Assembly: GCA_036403155.1 (NCBI GenBank)
Contig: DASWRM010000045.1
Location: 44,062-108,061 of the forward strand
Source of the DNA: Gaiellales bacterium
Lineage (GTDB): Bacteria; Actinomycetota; Thermoleophilia; Gaiellales; JAICJC01
DNA: 64,000 nucleotides
Direction: 5' to 3'
Below, piece after piece: positions 46,555-55,971 of the stretch. The notes under the pieces are model-generated. The model ran no database searches and was not told where the DNA came from. It saw only the letters and a list, made by a program, of their open reading frames with translations. Numbering within the stretch: the first letter of the stretch is position 1; the number at the start of each line of letters is the position of its first letter. Position numbers and translations under genes: made by a program.

Positions 46555-47561
46555 AGCTCGTCCTGCTCGCCGGCGTGATCGCCATGCTGCTCTCGATCGC
46601 GGCGGGGCCTGCGTTCATCGCCTTCGTCCGGCGCAACTCGCTCGGGCAGCCGATCCGCGAGGACGGGCCGGCCGGGCACATGTCCAAGCAGGGAACGCCG
46701 ACGATGGGCGGCCTGGTGCTGCTCGCGTGCTCGCTCGTCACGTTCGCGGTATTGACGAAGCGGACGACCCCTGCGCTGACCGTCGCGGGCGTGGCGCTCG
46801 CGTGCGCGGCGATCGGGTTCGTCGACGACTGGTTCAAGATGGCGCACCGCCGGTCGCTCGGGCTGTCGGGCCGGTGGAAGATGCTGGGGCTGGTGGCGGT
46901 GACCGCGGCGCTCGGCTACGTCGCCGACCGGCAGCACCTCTCGACCGACGTGTACCTCCCGCTGCTCGACTTCCGGATCGATCTCGGCCCGCTCTACTAC
47001 GGCCTGCTGTTCCTGGTCGTTGCCGGTGGAGCAAACGCGGTCAATCTGACCGACGGCCTCGACGGCCTTGCCGCCGGCACGATGACCATCGCCATGCTCA
47101 CCTACACGGCGATGATGGTGGTCGCGTTCCTCTCGCCCGGCGGCCTCACCCCGGAGGGGGCCGCGAGCCGGATCGACCTGGCCATCATGGGCGCCGCGCT
47201 GGTCGGCGGATGCGTCGGCTTCCTCTGGTACAACGCGTACCCGGCGGACGTGTTCATGGGGGACACGGGATCGTTCGGGCTGGGCGGGGCGCTGGCCGCG
47301 ATGGCGGTGTTCACCAAGACCGAGTTCCTGCTCGTGCTGATCGGCGGCGTGTTCGTGATCGAGGCGCTGTCGGTGGCGATCCAGGTGCTGTTCTTCAAGG
47401 CGACACGGCGGCGCGTGTTCCTGATGGCGCCGATCCACCACCACTTCGAGATGCTCGAGTGGACGGAGAACAAGATCATCGTCCGCTTCTGGATCCTCGC
47501 CTCGATCTGCGGCGCCAGCGGGTTCGTCCTGTACTACCTCGCCTACTCGAAGTTCCGGTGA
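46551..47561 (+). CDS. mraY: phospho-N-acetylmuramoyl-pentapeptide transferase
   Basis: GTPTMGG, NAVNLTDGLDGLA, and MGDTGS motifs. GTGA overlap with murF. Confidence 0.95.
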   Translation: MKLVLLAGVIAMLLSIAAGPAFIAFVRRNSLGQPIREDGPAGHMSKQGTPTMGGLVLLACSLVTFAVLTKRTTPALTVAGVALACAAIGFVDDWFKMAHRRSLGLSGRWKMLGLVAVTAALGYVADRQHLSTDVYLPLLDFRIDLGPLYYGLLFLVVAGGANAVNLTDGLDGLAAGTMTIAMLTYTAMMVVAFLSPGGLTPEGAASRIDLAIMGAALVGGCVGFLWYNAYPADVFMGDTGSFGLGGALAAMAVFTKTEFLLVLIGGVFVIEALSVAIQVLFFKATRRRVFLMAPIHHHFEMLEWTENKIIVRFWILASICGASGFVLYYLAYSKFR

Positions 47562-48844
47562 GCGGCGAGCGCTACGTCGTCCTCGGGCTTCGCCGGTCCG
47601 GGCTGGCGGCATGCGAGGCGATCCGGCGGATGCATCCGGACGCGCGCGTGCAGTCGGCCGACGACGCGCCCGGCGTCGATCGAGACAGGCTCGCGGCGGC
47701 CGGCGTCGAACTCGTTCCGCGAGGCGAGATCGTGTCGATGCAGGGAGCAACAGCACTGGTGAAGTCGCCCGGCGTGCCGGGCGGTCATCCCCTGGTGGAG
47801 GCGGCGCGTGCCGCCGGCGTGCCGGTCTGGAGCGAGGTCGAGCTGGCCTACCGGTGGCTCGAGAACCCGATCATCGGGATCACCGGCACGAACGGCAAGA
47901 CCACGACCACCGAGCTGGTCGGTGCGATGCTGCGCGCCGGGAACATCCCGGTCGAGGTGGCGGGCAACGTCGGCCGCCCGCTCAGCGAGCTGCCCGGAAG
48001 GATCGATCCGGCAGCTTGGATCGTGTGCGAGCTGTCGAGCTTCCAGCTGGAGGACATCGACAGGTTCCGAGCGCGCGTCGGGGTGATCCTGCAGGTGACG
48101 CCGGACCACCTGGACAGGCACGGCAGCTTCGCGCAGTACGTCGCCGCGAAGCTGAGGCTGTTCGAGAACCAGACGCCGGACGACACGGCGGTGCTGAACG
48201 CCGACGACCCGGTGCTGCGCGACGCCGACCTGCCTGGCCACGGCCGCCGAATCTGGTTCAGCCGCGACCGGTCCGACCGGGTCGACTGGGAACATTCGGC
48301 GATCCGTGGTGACCACAACCTCGAGAACGCCCTGGCCGCCGCGGCGGCCGCGGAGGCCGTCGGCGTGCCGCGAGAGGCCCGCGACCAGGCCCTGCGCGGG
48401 TTTGAGGCGCCTCCGCACCGGCTGCAGACCGTCGCCCGCCGCGAAGGCGTGCTGTTCGTCGACGACTCGAAGGCCACGAACCCGGAGGCCGCGATCAAGG
48501 CGCTGACCGCGTACGGCGATGGCGTCCACCTCATCCTCGGCGGATCGCTGAAGGGCTCGTCCTTCGCTCCGCTCGCGGACGCGATCGCACGCGGGCCGGT
48601 GGTCTCGGTCGACGTCTACGGCGAGGCGGCGGCGGCGATCTCCGAAGCGCTGTCGGCTGCGGCCGTCCCCCACAGGCGTCACCCGCATATGGACGACGCC
48701 GTGAGGGCGGCCGCGTACGGAGCGCACACGGGGGACGTCGTGCTGCTGTCGCCGGCGTGCGCGAGCTTCGACGAGTTCCGCGACTACGCGGAGCGCGGCG
48801 CGGCGTTCGCTTGCCTTGCGCTGGAGGTGCCGGTTGGTCGCTGA
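47558..48844 (+). CDS. murD: UDP-N-acetylmuramoylalanine--D-glutamate ligase
   Basis: GTGA overlap with mraY. GITGTNGKTTTT, and DDSKATNPEA. Confidence 0.9.
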   Translation: MSGERYVVLGLRRSGLAACEAIRRMHPDARVQSADDAPGVDRDRLAAAGVELVPRGEIVSMQGATALVKSPGVPGGHPLVEAARAAGVPVWSEVELAYRWLENPIIGITGTNGKTTTTELVGAMLRAGNIPVEVAGNVGRPLSELPGRIDPAAWIVCELSSFQLEDIDRFRARVGVILQVTPDHLDRHGSFAQYVAAKLRLFENQTPDDTAVLNADDPVLRDADLPGHGRRIWFSRDRSDRVDWEHSAIRGDHNLENALAAAAAAEAVGVPREARDQALRGFEAPPHRLQTVARREGVLFVDDSKATNPEAAIKALTAYGDGVHLILGGSLKGSSFAPLADAIARGPVVSVDVYGEAAAAISEALSAAAVPHRRHPHMDDAVRAAAYGAHTGDVVLLSPACASFDEFRDYAERGAAFACLALEVPVGR

Positions 48845-50120
48845 CGTCCAGCGCGTGCGGCGGCGCGCCGCGCAGTCGAGCCCGCAGCTCGAGTACCACC
48901 TGCTGATGCTTGTCACCCTCGGCCTCGTCGCCTTCGGGCTGATCATGGTCTACAGCGCGTCCAGCGGGACGGCCGTCGTGACCGGGCACGATCCGGCCGG
49001 CACGCTCGTGAGGCAGGCGGTGTACGCGGCGGTCGGCGTGGCCGGCATGCTCGTGCTCGCCCGGTTCTCGTACCGTCGCCTGCGCTACTTCGCCGCCCCG
49101 ATCCTGTTCGGGACGATCGCGCTGCTGATCGCGGTGAAGGTGCCCGGAATCGGCGTCAACATCAAGGGCGCCCAGCGCTGGATCTACGTCGGGCCGATCT
49201 CGCTCCAGCCCTCCGAATTCGCGAAGGCGGCGGTGTTGATCTTCGTCTCGGCCGTGCTCGCCTCCCGCCGCCGCCCGCCGCGGACGGTGGTGCAGCTGTT
49301 CAACCCGGTGGGCGCCGTCGTCCTGCTCGTCCTGCTGCTGATCCACTCCGAGCCCGACCTCGGCACCTCGATCGCCATCGCGGTGATGGTGTGCGGGGTG
49401 CTGCTCGTGGCCGGGACGCCGCTGCGGCTGTTCAGCAGCGTGGCGCTGGTCGGCGTGCTCGCCGTCGCATACACCGTGGCCCGCGAGCCGTACCAGATGG
49501 ACAGGATCCGCACGTTCCTGGATCCATGGAAGGATCCGGCCGGGGCCGGCTATCAGAGCATCCAGGCGCTCTACGCGCTCGGCTCGGGCGGCATCACCGG
49601 TGTCGGGATCGGCAACGGCACGCAGAAGATCGGCTTCCTGCCCGAGGCTCCCACGGACATGATCGGCGCCGTGATCGGCGAGGAGCTGGGACTGATCGGC
49701 ATCCTCGGCGTTACGCTCGCCTTCGCGGTCTTCACGTACTGCGGATTCCGGATCGCGATGCGGTCGAAGGATCCCTTCGGGACGTACCTCGTCGCGGGGG
49801 CGACGACGCTCATCGCCGGGCAGGCGATCGTCAACTTCGGCGCGGTGCTCGGCTTCCTGCCGCTGACGGGTGTTCCGCTGCCGCTGATAAGCTCGGGCGG
49901 GTCGAGCCTTGTGGTGATGCTGAGCCTGGTCGGGGTGATGCTGAACGTGGCCGACTCCAGCGCCGCAGCCGGCGCCTCCGCAAAGCCCCGCAGCGAGACC
50001 AGGGATGGCACAGCCACAGAACCGAGGCCAAAGCCGAAGCCGGCGCGTGCTGATAGCAGCCGGCGGCACGGCGGGGCACGTCGTGCCGGCGCTGGCGGTG
50101 GCCGCCGAGCTGCGGGCTAG
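48816..50120 (+). CDS. ftsW: SEDS-family peptidoglycan glycosyltransferase FtsW
   Basis: Polytopic membrane protein with SEDS motifs (SLQPSEFAK, PEAPTDMI, LPLISSGGSS) and a basic C-terminal tail. The start is ambiguous (ATG 48816 or TTG 48834). Confidence 0.85.
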   Translation: MRWRCRLVADVQRVRRRAAQSSPQLEYHLLMLVTLGLVAFGLIMVYSASSGTAVVTGHDPAGTLVRQAVYAAVGVAGMLVLARFSYRRLRYFAAPILFGTIALLIAVKVPGIGVNIKGAQRWIYVGPISLQPSEFAKAAVLIFVSAVLASRRRPPRTVVQLFNPVGAVVLLVLLLIHSEPDLGTSIAIAVMVCGVLLVAGTPLRLFSSVALVGVLAVAYTVAREPYQMDRIRTFLDPWKDPAGAGYQSIQALYALGSGGITGVGIGNGTQKIGFLPEAPTDMIGAVIGEELGLIGILGVTLAFAVFTYCGFRIAMRSKDPFGTYLVAGATTLIAGQAIVNFGAVLGFLPLTGVPLPLISSGGSSLVVMLSLVGVMLNVADSSAAAGASAKPRSETRDGTATEPRPKPKPARADSSRRHGGARRAGAGGGRRAAG

Positions 50121-51078
50121 GGGCGCCCACGTCGAGTTCGCGGGCGGCGACCGGATCGAGGCGCAGCTCGTGCCCGAGGCCGGATACGTGCTGCACCGCT
50201 ACCCGATCAGCGGGTTCCCGCGGCGGCCGACGCCGAAGCTGGCAGCGGCGCTGTGGCGCGCCGGCCGCGCGCCGTTCCGCTGCAGGCAGATCATCCGTGG
50301 CGTCGAGCCGGACGTCGTCTTCGGCGCCGGCGGGTACGCCTCCGGCCCGGTGCTCGCTGCGGCGCGGAGCGCGGGCGTGCCGTCGGCGCTGCTCGAGGTC
50401 GATGCCCACATGGGGCTCGCCAACCGGATGGCTGCGCCGCTCGTCGACCGCGTGTTCCTCGCCTTTCCGATCGACGGCAAGCGACCGCCGCACTACGTCG
50501 TCACCGGGCGGCCGCTGCCGGTTCCGCCCGACGGGGACCACGACACGCCGCTCGACTCGACCCGGCCGCTGGTGCTGGTCTTCGGCGGCAGCCTCGGCGC
50601 CCGCACGCTGAACGAGGCGGCCGCGGGCGCATGGGCGGCGGATGACCCCGGCTACGACGTCGTCCTCGTCACCGGCCCGCGCGACCACGACCGCTTCCGC
50701 GGGGCCGCGAGCGCTCGGTACCACGTCCTCGACTACACCCCCCACCTGCGGTCGTACCTCGAGCAGGCCGATCTGGTCGTCGCGCGCGCGGGCGGCTCGG
50801 TGTTCGAGATCGCGGCCGCCGGCAAGCCGGCGATTCTCGTACCCTCCCCGAACGTGACGGCCGATCATCAGACCACCAATGCAGAGCACTTCGCCCTCGG
50901 CGGCGCCGCGGTGCTCCTCCCGGATGCCGATCTCACTCCGACGCGGCTGCGCCAGGAGGTGCAGGCGCTGCTCGCCGATCCGGAGCGGCGCGAGCGAATG
51001 TCGGTCGCTGCCCGGTCGCTCGCGCGTCCGGACGCTGCCGCGGCGATCGCGGACGGCCTCCTGGAGCTGGCACGATGA
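50005..51078 (+). CDS. murG: undecaprenyldiphospho-muramoylpentapeptide beta-N-acetylglucosaminyltransferase
   Basis: LIAAGGTAGHVVPALAVA, and GGSLGA. The alternative start GTG 50047 would shorten the overlap with ftsW. Confidence 0.9.
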   Translation: MAQPQNRGQSRSRRVLIAAGGTAGHVVPALAVAAELRARGAHVEFAGGDRIEAQLVPEAGYVLHRYPISGFPRRPTPKLAAALWRAGRAPFRCRQIIRGVEPDVVFGAGGYASGPVLAAARSAGVPSALLEVDAHMGLANRMAAPLVDRVFLAFPIDGKRPPHYVVTGRPLPVPPDGDHDTPLDSTRPLVLVFGGSLGARTLNEAAAGAWAADDPGYDVVLVTGPRDHDRFRGAASARYHVLDYTPHLRSYLEQADLVVARAGGSVFEIAAAGKPAILVPSPNVTADHQTTNAEHFALGGAAVLLPDADLTPTRLRQEVQALLADPERRERMSVAARSLARPDAAAAIADGLLELAR

Positions 51079-52424
51079 ACTGGTCGGAACGGAAGCTGCA
51101 CATGCTGGGGATCGGCGGCGCTGGGATGTCGGCGCTGGCAACGGTCGCCTACGCCTGGGGTGCGGACGTGACCGGGTGCGACCGGGCGCCGTCCGCGTAC
51201 TCGGAGCGGCTCGAGCGGTTCGGCGTGCCGGTCGCCTACGACCACGATCCGGCCCACCTCGTCGACGGGATGGAGCTGGTCGTGTCGTCCGCGATCCCGG
51301 CCGCGGAGCCGGAGCTCCTGGCCGCGCGCGACATGGGCCTGCCCCGGCTGCACCGGGCGCAGCTCCTGGCCGAGATGGTGGCGTCGCGCCGGTCGGCCTG
51401 CGTCGCGGGTGCGCACGGCAAGACGACGACCGCCGCGATGATCGCGTACGCGGCGGTGCAGCTCGGCCTCGACCCGACGTACCTCGTGGGCGGAGACGTT
51501 CCACAGCTCGGCGGCAACGCCGGGCCGGGCGGCGGTGCGGTGCTGGTCGCCGAGGCGGACGAGTCCGACGGCTCGCTGTCGCTGCTGCGGCCGCGCGTGG
51601 CGGTCGTGACGAATATCGAGCTGGACCACCACACGCGGTTCGCCTCGGCCGCCGAGGTCGAGCGCCTGTTCGCCGAGTGGACGACCGAGCTGCCGGCGTC
51701 GGGTGCGCTGGTGCAGCACGAGTCCCTGTCGCTGGCGACCCAGGCGCAGAGCGAGCGGTTCGGGTACGGCGACGTCGAGTGGCAGGTGAGCGCCGTCGAA
51801 CAGGACGCGGGGCAGACCGGGTACTGGCTGCGGACGCCGGACGGCACGCCGCTGCACGTCACGCTCGCACTCCCCGGCGCGCACAACGCTCTCAACGCCA
51901 CCGCGGCGATCGCGGCACTCAACCACCTCGCCGGCACCGAGCCGGCCGAGGCGGCCGAGGCGCTCTCGGACTTCACCGGTGCCGGCCGCAGGTTCGAGCT
52001 GCGCGGGGAGCGGGCGGGCGCCTGGATCGTCGACGACTACGCACACCACCCGACCGAGGTTGCGGCGACGATCGAGGCCGCGCGCGCGTGGGCGCCGGGC
52101 CGCGTCGTGGTCTGCTTTCAGCCGCACCTGTTCTCGCGCACCGAGGCGCTCGCCTTCGAGTTCGGCAAGGCGCTGGCGGCCGCCGACGAGGTGGTCGTGA
52201 CCGAGATCTACGGCGCCCGCGAGGAGCCGGTAGAGGGCGTCACGGCGAAGCTGGTCGTCGACGCGGTCAGCGAGCGGCGCCCAGGGATGCCACTTGCCTA
52301 CGAGCCGACGCTGGACGCGGGGGCGCGGTACCTGCGGGGGCGGATCCGCCGCGGCGATCTCGTCGTCACCATGGGGGCGGGTGACGTCCGGCGGGTCGGC
52401 GACCTGCTGCTGGAGCAGGGGTGA
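51075..52424 (+). CDS. murC: UDP-N-acetylmuramate--L-alanine ligase
   Basis: ATGA overlap with murG. GIGGAGMSALA, GAHGKTTT, and DDYAHHPTE. Confidence 0.9.
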   Translation: MNWSERKLHMLGIGGAGMSALATVAYAWGADVTGCDRAPSAYSERLERFGVPVAYDHDPAHLVDGMELVVSSAIPAAEPELLAARDMGLPRLHRAQLLAEMVASRRSACVAGAHGKTTTAAMIAYAAVQLGLDPTYLVGGDVPQLGGNAGPGGGAVLVAEADESDGSLSLLRPRVAVVTNIELDHHTRFASAAEVERLFAEWTTELPASGALVQHESLSLATQAQSERFGYGDVEWQVSAVEQDAGQTGYWLRTPDGTPLHVTLALPGAHNALNATAAIAALNHLAGTEPAEAAEALSDFTGAGRRFELRGERAGAWIVDDYAHHPTEVAATIEAARAWAPGRVVVCFQPHLFSRTEALAFEFGKALAAADEVVVTEIYGAREEPVEGVTAKLVVDAVSERRPGMPLAYEPTLDAGARYLRGRIRRGDLVVTMGAGDVRRVGDLLLEQG

Positions 52425-53311
52425 CGGCGCCGCCGGCGTTCGTCGAGCGTGACGTGCCGATCGCGCGGTTGACCACCGTGGGCACCGGCGGCCCGGCCCG
52501 GTTCTTCGCACGCCCGGAGACGCTCGCCCAGCTGGAGGAGCTGCTGGTCTGGCGGACGAGCACGGGGCTCGACATGACCGTGATCGGCCTCGGCTCCAAC
52601 CTGCTCGCGGCGGATGACGGCTTCGACGGCCTGGTCGTCCGTCTGGCCGGCGAGCTGGCCGCCATCGAGCGCGACGGCGGCGCGGTGCACTGCGGAGGCG
52701 GCGCCTCGCTGGCGGCGGTGGTGAAGCGGGCGACCGGGTGGGGGCTGTCGGGCATCGAGTTCGGCTGCGCGATCCCCGGCACGGTCGGCGGCGCGGTGCG
52801 GATGAACGCGGGCGCATACGGCGGCGAGATCTGCGATGTGCTCGAGCGGGCGCTGGTCGTCGATGGAGAGCACGTGCGGGAGGAGAGCCCGGCGGGCCTC
52901 GGGATGCGCTACCGCCACTCGAACGTCGGGCCGGAGGAGGTGGTGGCGTGGGCGCACATACGCCTGCAGCCGGACGATCCGGCTCGCATCGCGGCGACCG
53001 TGCGGGACATGCAGCGGCGCCGCAAGGAGGCGCAGCCCTCCGGGGTGCGGACGTTCGGCAGCGTCTGGAAGAACCCGTCCGACGAGGTCACGGCGGGGCG
53101 GCTGCTCGAGTCCTGCGGGCTCAAGGGCTTCCGCGTCGGCGGCGCGCGCATCTCGCCGGTGCATGCCAACTTCATCGAGAATGTCGGCGAGGCCCGGTCG
53201 GCGGACATCGTCGCGCTGATGGCCGAGGCCCGCCGTCGCGCCCGCGAGCACGGCGTCGAGCTCGAGCACGAGGTGCAGATGGTCGGCCCGATCCGGCTGC
53301 CCGAAGGCTGA
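52421..53311 (+). CDS. murB: UDP-N-acetylenolpyruvoylglucosamine reductase
   Basis: GTGA overlap with murC. LTTVGTGGPARFF, GLGSNLL, PGTVGGAVRMNAGAYG, and GSVWKNP. Confidence 0.9.
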   Translation: MTAPPAFVERDVPIARLTTVGTGGPARFFARPETLAQLEELLVWRTSTGLDMTVIGLGSNLLAADDGFDGLVVRLAGELAAIERDGGAVHCGGGASLAAVVKRATGWGLSGIEFGCAIPGTVGGAVRMNAGAYGGEICDVLERALVVDGEHVREESPAGLGMRYRHSNVGPEEVVAWAHIRLQPDDPARIAATVRDMQRRRKEAQPSGVRTFGSVWKNPSDEVTAGRLLESCGLKGFRVGGARISPVHANFIENVGEARSADIVALMAEARRRAREHGVELEHEVQMVGPIRLPEG

Positions 53312-53320
53312 GGGCGCGCC

Positions 53321-53785
53321 TCAGGTGTTCCCGCACTCCGTGAAGCCGTAGCGCGACGCGATCGTGCTGGCTCGGTTCAGGTACTTCGCGCCCCTGGCCT
53401 GGGCGTCGTTGATCTGGCTCTGGTTGCCCGTGCGCGTGGCCTGCTCGACGTCCGACTCGAACGCGAGCGCGCGATCCACGGAATCGAGCATCCGCTCGAT
53501 GGTGGCGCTGTCTCCGGCCGGCGGCCGGAGTGCGCGCAGGTGGACGACGACTCCGCGCTCGAGCGCGTACACGCGCCTGACGTAGCCGGCCAGCTGCGCC
53601 GAGGACTGTGGCTGGGGAATGGCGTCCTCAGCCTTCGATGCCTTGAGGCACATGGCGTCGGCCTTCGTGATGTAGGCGTCCTTCGACATCATCTGCGCCG
53701 AGGAGCTGCTGCCTGCGCCGCAGGCGGCCAGCGACAGCGTGGCGGTGGCGGCGAGCAGGGCGGTGAGGGTGCGTGGCGTGTTCAT
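53321..53785 (-). CDS. lipoprotein of unknown function, opposite strand inside the dcw cluster
   Basis: Signal peptide with a lipobox (LTALLAATATLSLAAC). 154-aa helical protein. I recognise no family. Confidence 0.55.
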   Translation of the reverse strand: MNTPRTLTALLAATATLSLAACGAGSSSSAQMMSKDAYITKADAMCLKASKAEDAIPQPQSSAQLAGYVRRVYALERGVVVHLRALRPPAGDSATIERMLDSVDRALAFESDVEQATRTGNQSQINDAQARGAKYLNRASTIASRYGFTECGNT

Positions 53786-53839
53786 GCCCGGTGTTCGCAG
53801 ACGGGCAGGTATCGGTTCGCCGCCGACGAACTCACCTTC

Positions 53840-54646
53840 GTGCAGATCGTCTCCGGTATCGACGACGCGCTCCTCGTCCGCCGCCGCGAGCTGATGCGGG
53901 CGCAGGGGCGCCGCCGGCTGGTCATCCTGCTTGCCGTGCTCGGCACGCTGGCGGCGCTCGGCGGCTACAAGCTGCTCGCCATGTCATCTGCCTTTGCCGT
54001 CGACCACGTCACGGTCGAGGGCGCGCCGGCCGGCCTCCAGAGCGACATCCAGGCGGCCGTGTCCGACGCGGCGTCGGGCCGCAACCTGCTGAACGTCGAC
54101 CGCGGCGCGATCGCCCACCGGCTGGCGTTGATGCCCTATGTGAAGTCGGTCTCCGTCGACCGTGCGTTCCCCCACACGCTCGCGGTGACCGTGCAGGTGG
54201 AACATCCCGCCGTCGCCGTCGAGAGCGCCAAGACCTCGTACCTCGTCGCGGGCGACGGGCGGGTGCTCGAGTCACGCACGACGCCGCCGAAGCGCCTGCC
54301 ACGTGTCCTCCTGTCCTCAGCGTCGACGCTGCTGGTCGGGCGGAGCAGCGGCGACGCCGACGTGCAGGCGGCACTGGCCGTGCTCGGCCAGGCGCCGCAC
54401 GACTTCGGGGCGCGCGTCGGGCGCATCACCGAGCTGATCCCGCACGGCGGCGCCATCACGGCAGTCGTCGGGAAGCGGCTGAAGCTGCGGCTCGGTGCCC
54501 CCGACCAGCTCGGACTGAAGCTGGCCGTGGTGGAACGCGTGATGCGGCGGATCACCCACCAGCAGCGCGCGGAGGTGGCGTACATCGACGTCTCGGCGCC
54601 AGGTCGTCCGGCTTACGGACTGCGCTCAACCTTAGCCTCAAGTTGA
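53840..54646 (+). CDS. ftsQ: cell division protein FtsQ/DivIB (POTRA domain)
   Basis: Basic N-terminus, one TM segment (LVILLAVLGTLAALGGY), and POTRA (VDHVTVEGAPAGL...LLNVDRGAIAHRLALMPYVKSVSVDRAFPHTLAVTV). The GTG at 53840 is in frame. The start is uncertain. Confidence 0.75.
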   Translation: MQIVSGIDDALLVRRRELMRAQGRRRLVILLAVLGTLAALGGYKLLAMSSAFAVDHVTVEGAPAGLQSDIQAAVSDAASGRNLLNVDRGAIAHRLALMPYVKSVSVDRAFPHTLAVTVQVEHPAVAVESAKTSYLVAGDGRVLESRTTPPKRLPRVLLSSASTLLVGRSSGDADVQAALAVLGQAPHDFGARVGRITELIPHGGAITAVVGKRLKLRLGAPDQLGLKLAVVERVMRRITHQQRAEVAYIDVSAPGRPAYGLRSTLASS

Positions 54647-54675
54647 ACGTGAGCGTTCGTCGGGTAACCTTCGCC

Positions 54676-54704
54676 TTGACACCGAGGGTTGCGAGGGGTA
54701 CCCT
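54676..54704 (+). promoter_or_regulatory. candidate ftsZ promoter
   Basis: TTGACA (54676-54681), a 17-nt spacer, and TACCCT (54699-54704, TAnnnT). It lies in the 177-nt ftsQ-ftsZ gap. Confidence 0.4.
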
Positions 54705-54823
54705 GGCCCGGATGCCCCGCGCCGACCGGTCAGATTCCGGCTCGCCGTGCGGGCTCAACGTGTTTTTGGGACTACGCTCAGGTTGACCCTGAGGTAGAGA
54801 TCTGTGACGGAGGTATCGCAACC

Positions 54824-55903
54824 ATGAGGGATCAGAGCGGGAACTACCTGGCCGTGATCAAGGTCGTCGGCGTCGGCGGCGGGGGCACCAACGCGGTGAA
54901 CCGCATGGTCGACGCCGGCCTTCGCGGCGTGGAGTTCATCGCCGTGAACACCGACGCGCAGGCGCTGCTGATGTGCGATGCAGACGTGAAGATCCACATC
55001 GGCTCGAAGATCACCCGCGGCCTCGGCGCCGGCGCCGACCCGGCGATCGGCCGGGAGGCGGCGATGGAGAGCCGGGACGAGCTGAAGGAGGCGCTGAAGG
55101 GCGCCGACATGGTGTTCGTGACCGCCGGCAAGGGGGGCGGCACCGGCACGGGCGCCGCTCCGGTGATCGCCGAGATCGCCCGCGAGCTCGGCGCCCTCAC
55201 CGTCGGCGTGGTCACCCGCCCGTTCAACTTCGAGGGACAGAAGCGCGGCGACCAGGCCGACCAGGGCATCCGGACGCTCCGCGAGAAGGTCGACACGCTG
55301 ATCATCATCCCCAACGAGAAGCTGCTGCAGGTCGTCGAGAAGCGCACCTCGATCGTCGACGCCTTCCGCATCGCCGACGACGTGCTTCGGCAGGGCGTCC
55401 AGGGCATCACGGACCTGATCACCGTACCGGGGCTGATCAACCTCGACTTCGCCGACGTACGCACCATCATGCGGGAGGCCGGATCGGCGCTCATGGGCAT
55501 CGGCATCGCCAGCGGCGAGAACCGCGCCAGCGAGGCCGCGCGGGCGGCGATCTCCTCGCCGCTGCTCGAGGCCTCCGTCGAAGGCGCCACGGGCATCCTG
55601 CTCAACATCACCGGCGGAACCGACCTCGGGCTTTTCGAGGTGAATGAGGCCGCCGAGATCATCGGCAGCGCCTCGGACTCGGACGCGAACATCATCTTCG
55701 GCGCCGTGATCGACGAGGCCATGGGAGACCAGGTGCGGGTGACGGTCATCGCCACCGGGTTCGACCGCGGGAGCCGCTCGCGGCCGGCGGCCGCGTTCGC
55801 CGCCGGCAGCACCGACCGGCCGCGGCGGGAGGAGACGGGCACCGGCGAGTTCGAGGTGCCGCGAGAAGCGCTCGAGATCCCGAGCTTCCTGCGCGACCAG
55901 TAG
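54824..55903 (+). CDS. ftsZ: cell division GTPase FtsZ
   Basis: A GGAGG RBS lies 9 nt upstream. [13 protein letters not shown], the tubulin signature [15 protein letters not shown], and the C-terminal peptide EIPSFLR. Confidence 0.95.
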   Translation: MRDQSGNYLAVIKVVGVGGGGTNAVNRMVDAGLRGVEFIAVNTDAQALLMCDADVKIHIGSKITRGLGAGADPAIGREAAMESRDELKEALKGADMVFVTAGKGGGTGTGAAPVIAEIARELGALTVGVVTRPFNFEGQKRGDQADQGIRTLREKVDTLIIIPNEKLLQVVEKRTSIVDAFRIADDVLRQGVQGITDLITVPGLINLDFADVRTIMREAGSALMGIGIASGENRASEAARAAISSPLLEASVEGATGILLNITGGTDLGLFEVNEAAEIIGSASDSDANIIFGAVIDEAMGDQVRVTVIATGFDRGSRSRPAAAFAAGSTDRPRREETGTGEFEVPREALEIPSFLRDQ

Positions 55904-55926
55904 CGGCGAGCGCGCCCGAGAGCCCC

Positions 55927-55948
55927 CGCCCGGAGCTACAGCCGGGCG
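55927..55948 (+). terminator. weak hairpin after ftsZ
   Basis: CGCCCGG-agctacag-CCGGGCG (7-bp stem) followed by CTCGTTTGG. Confidence 0.3.
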
Positions 55949-55971
55949 CTCGTTTGGTCGATCTGTAGGGC

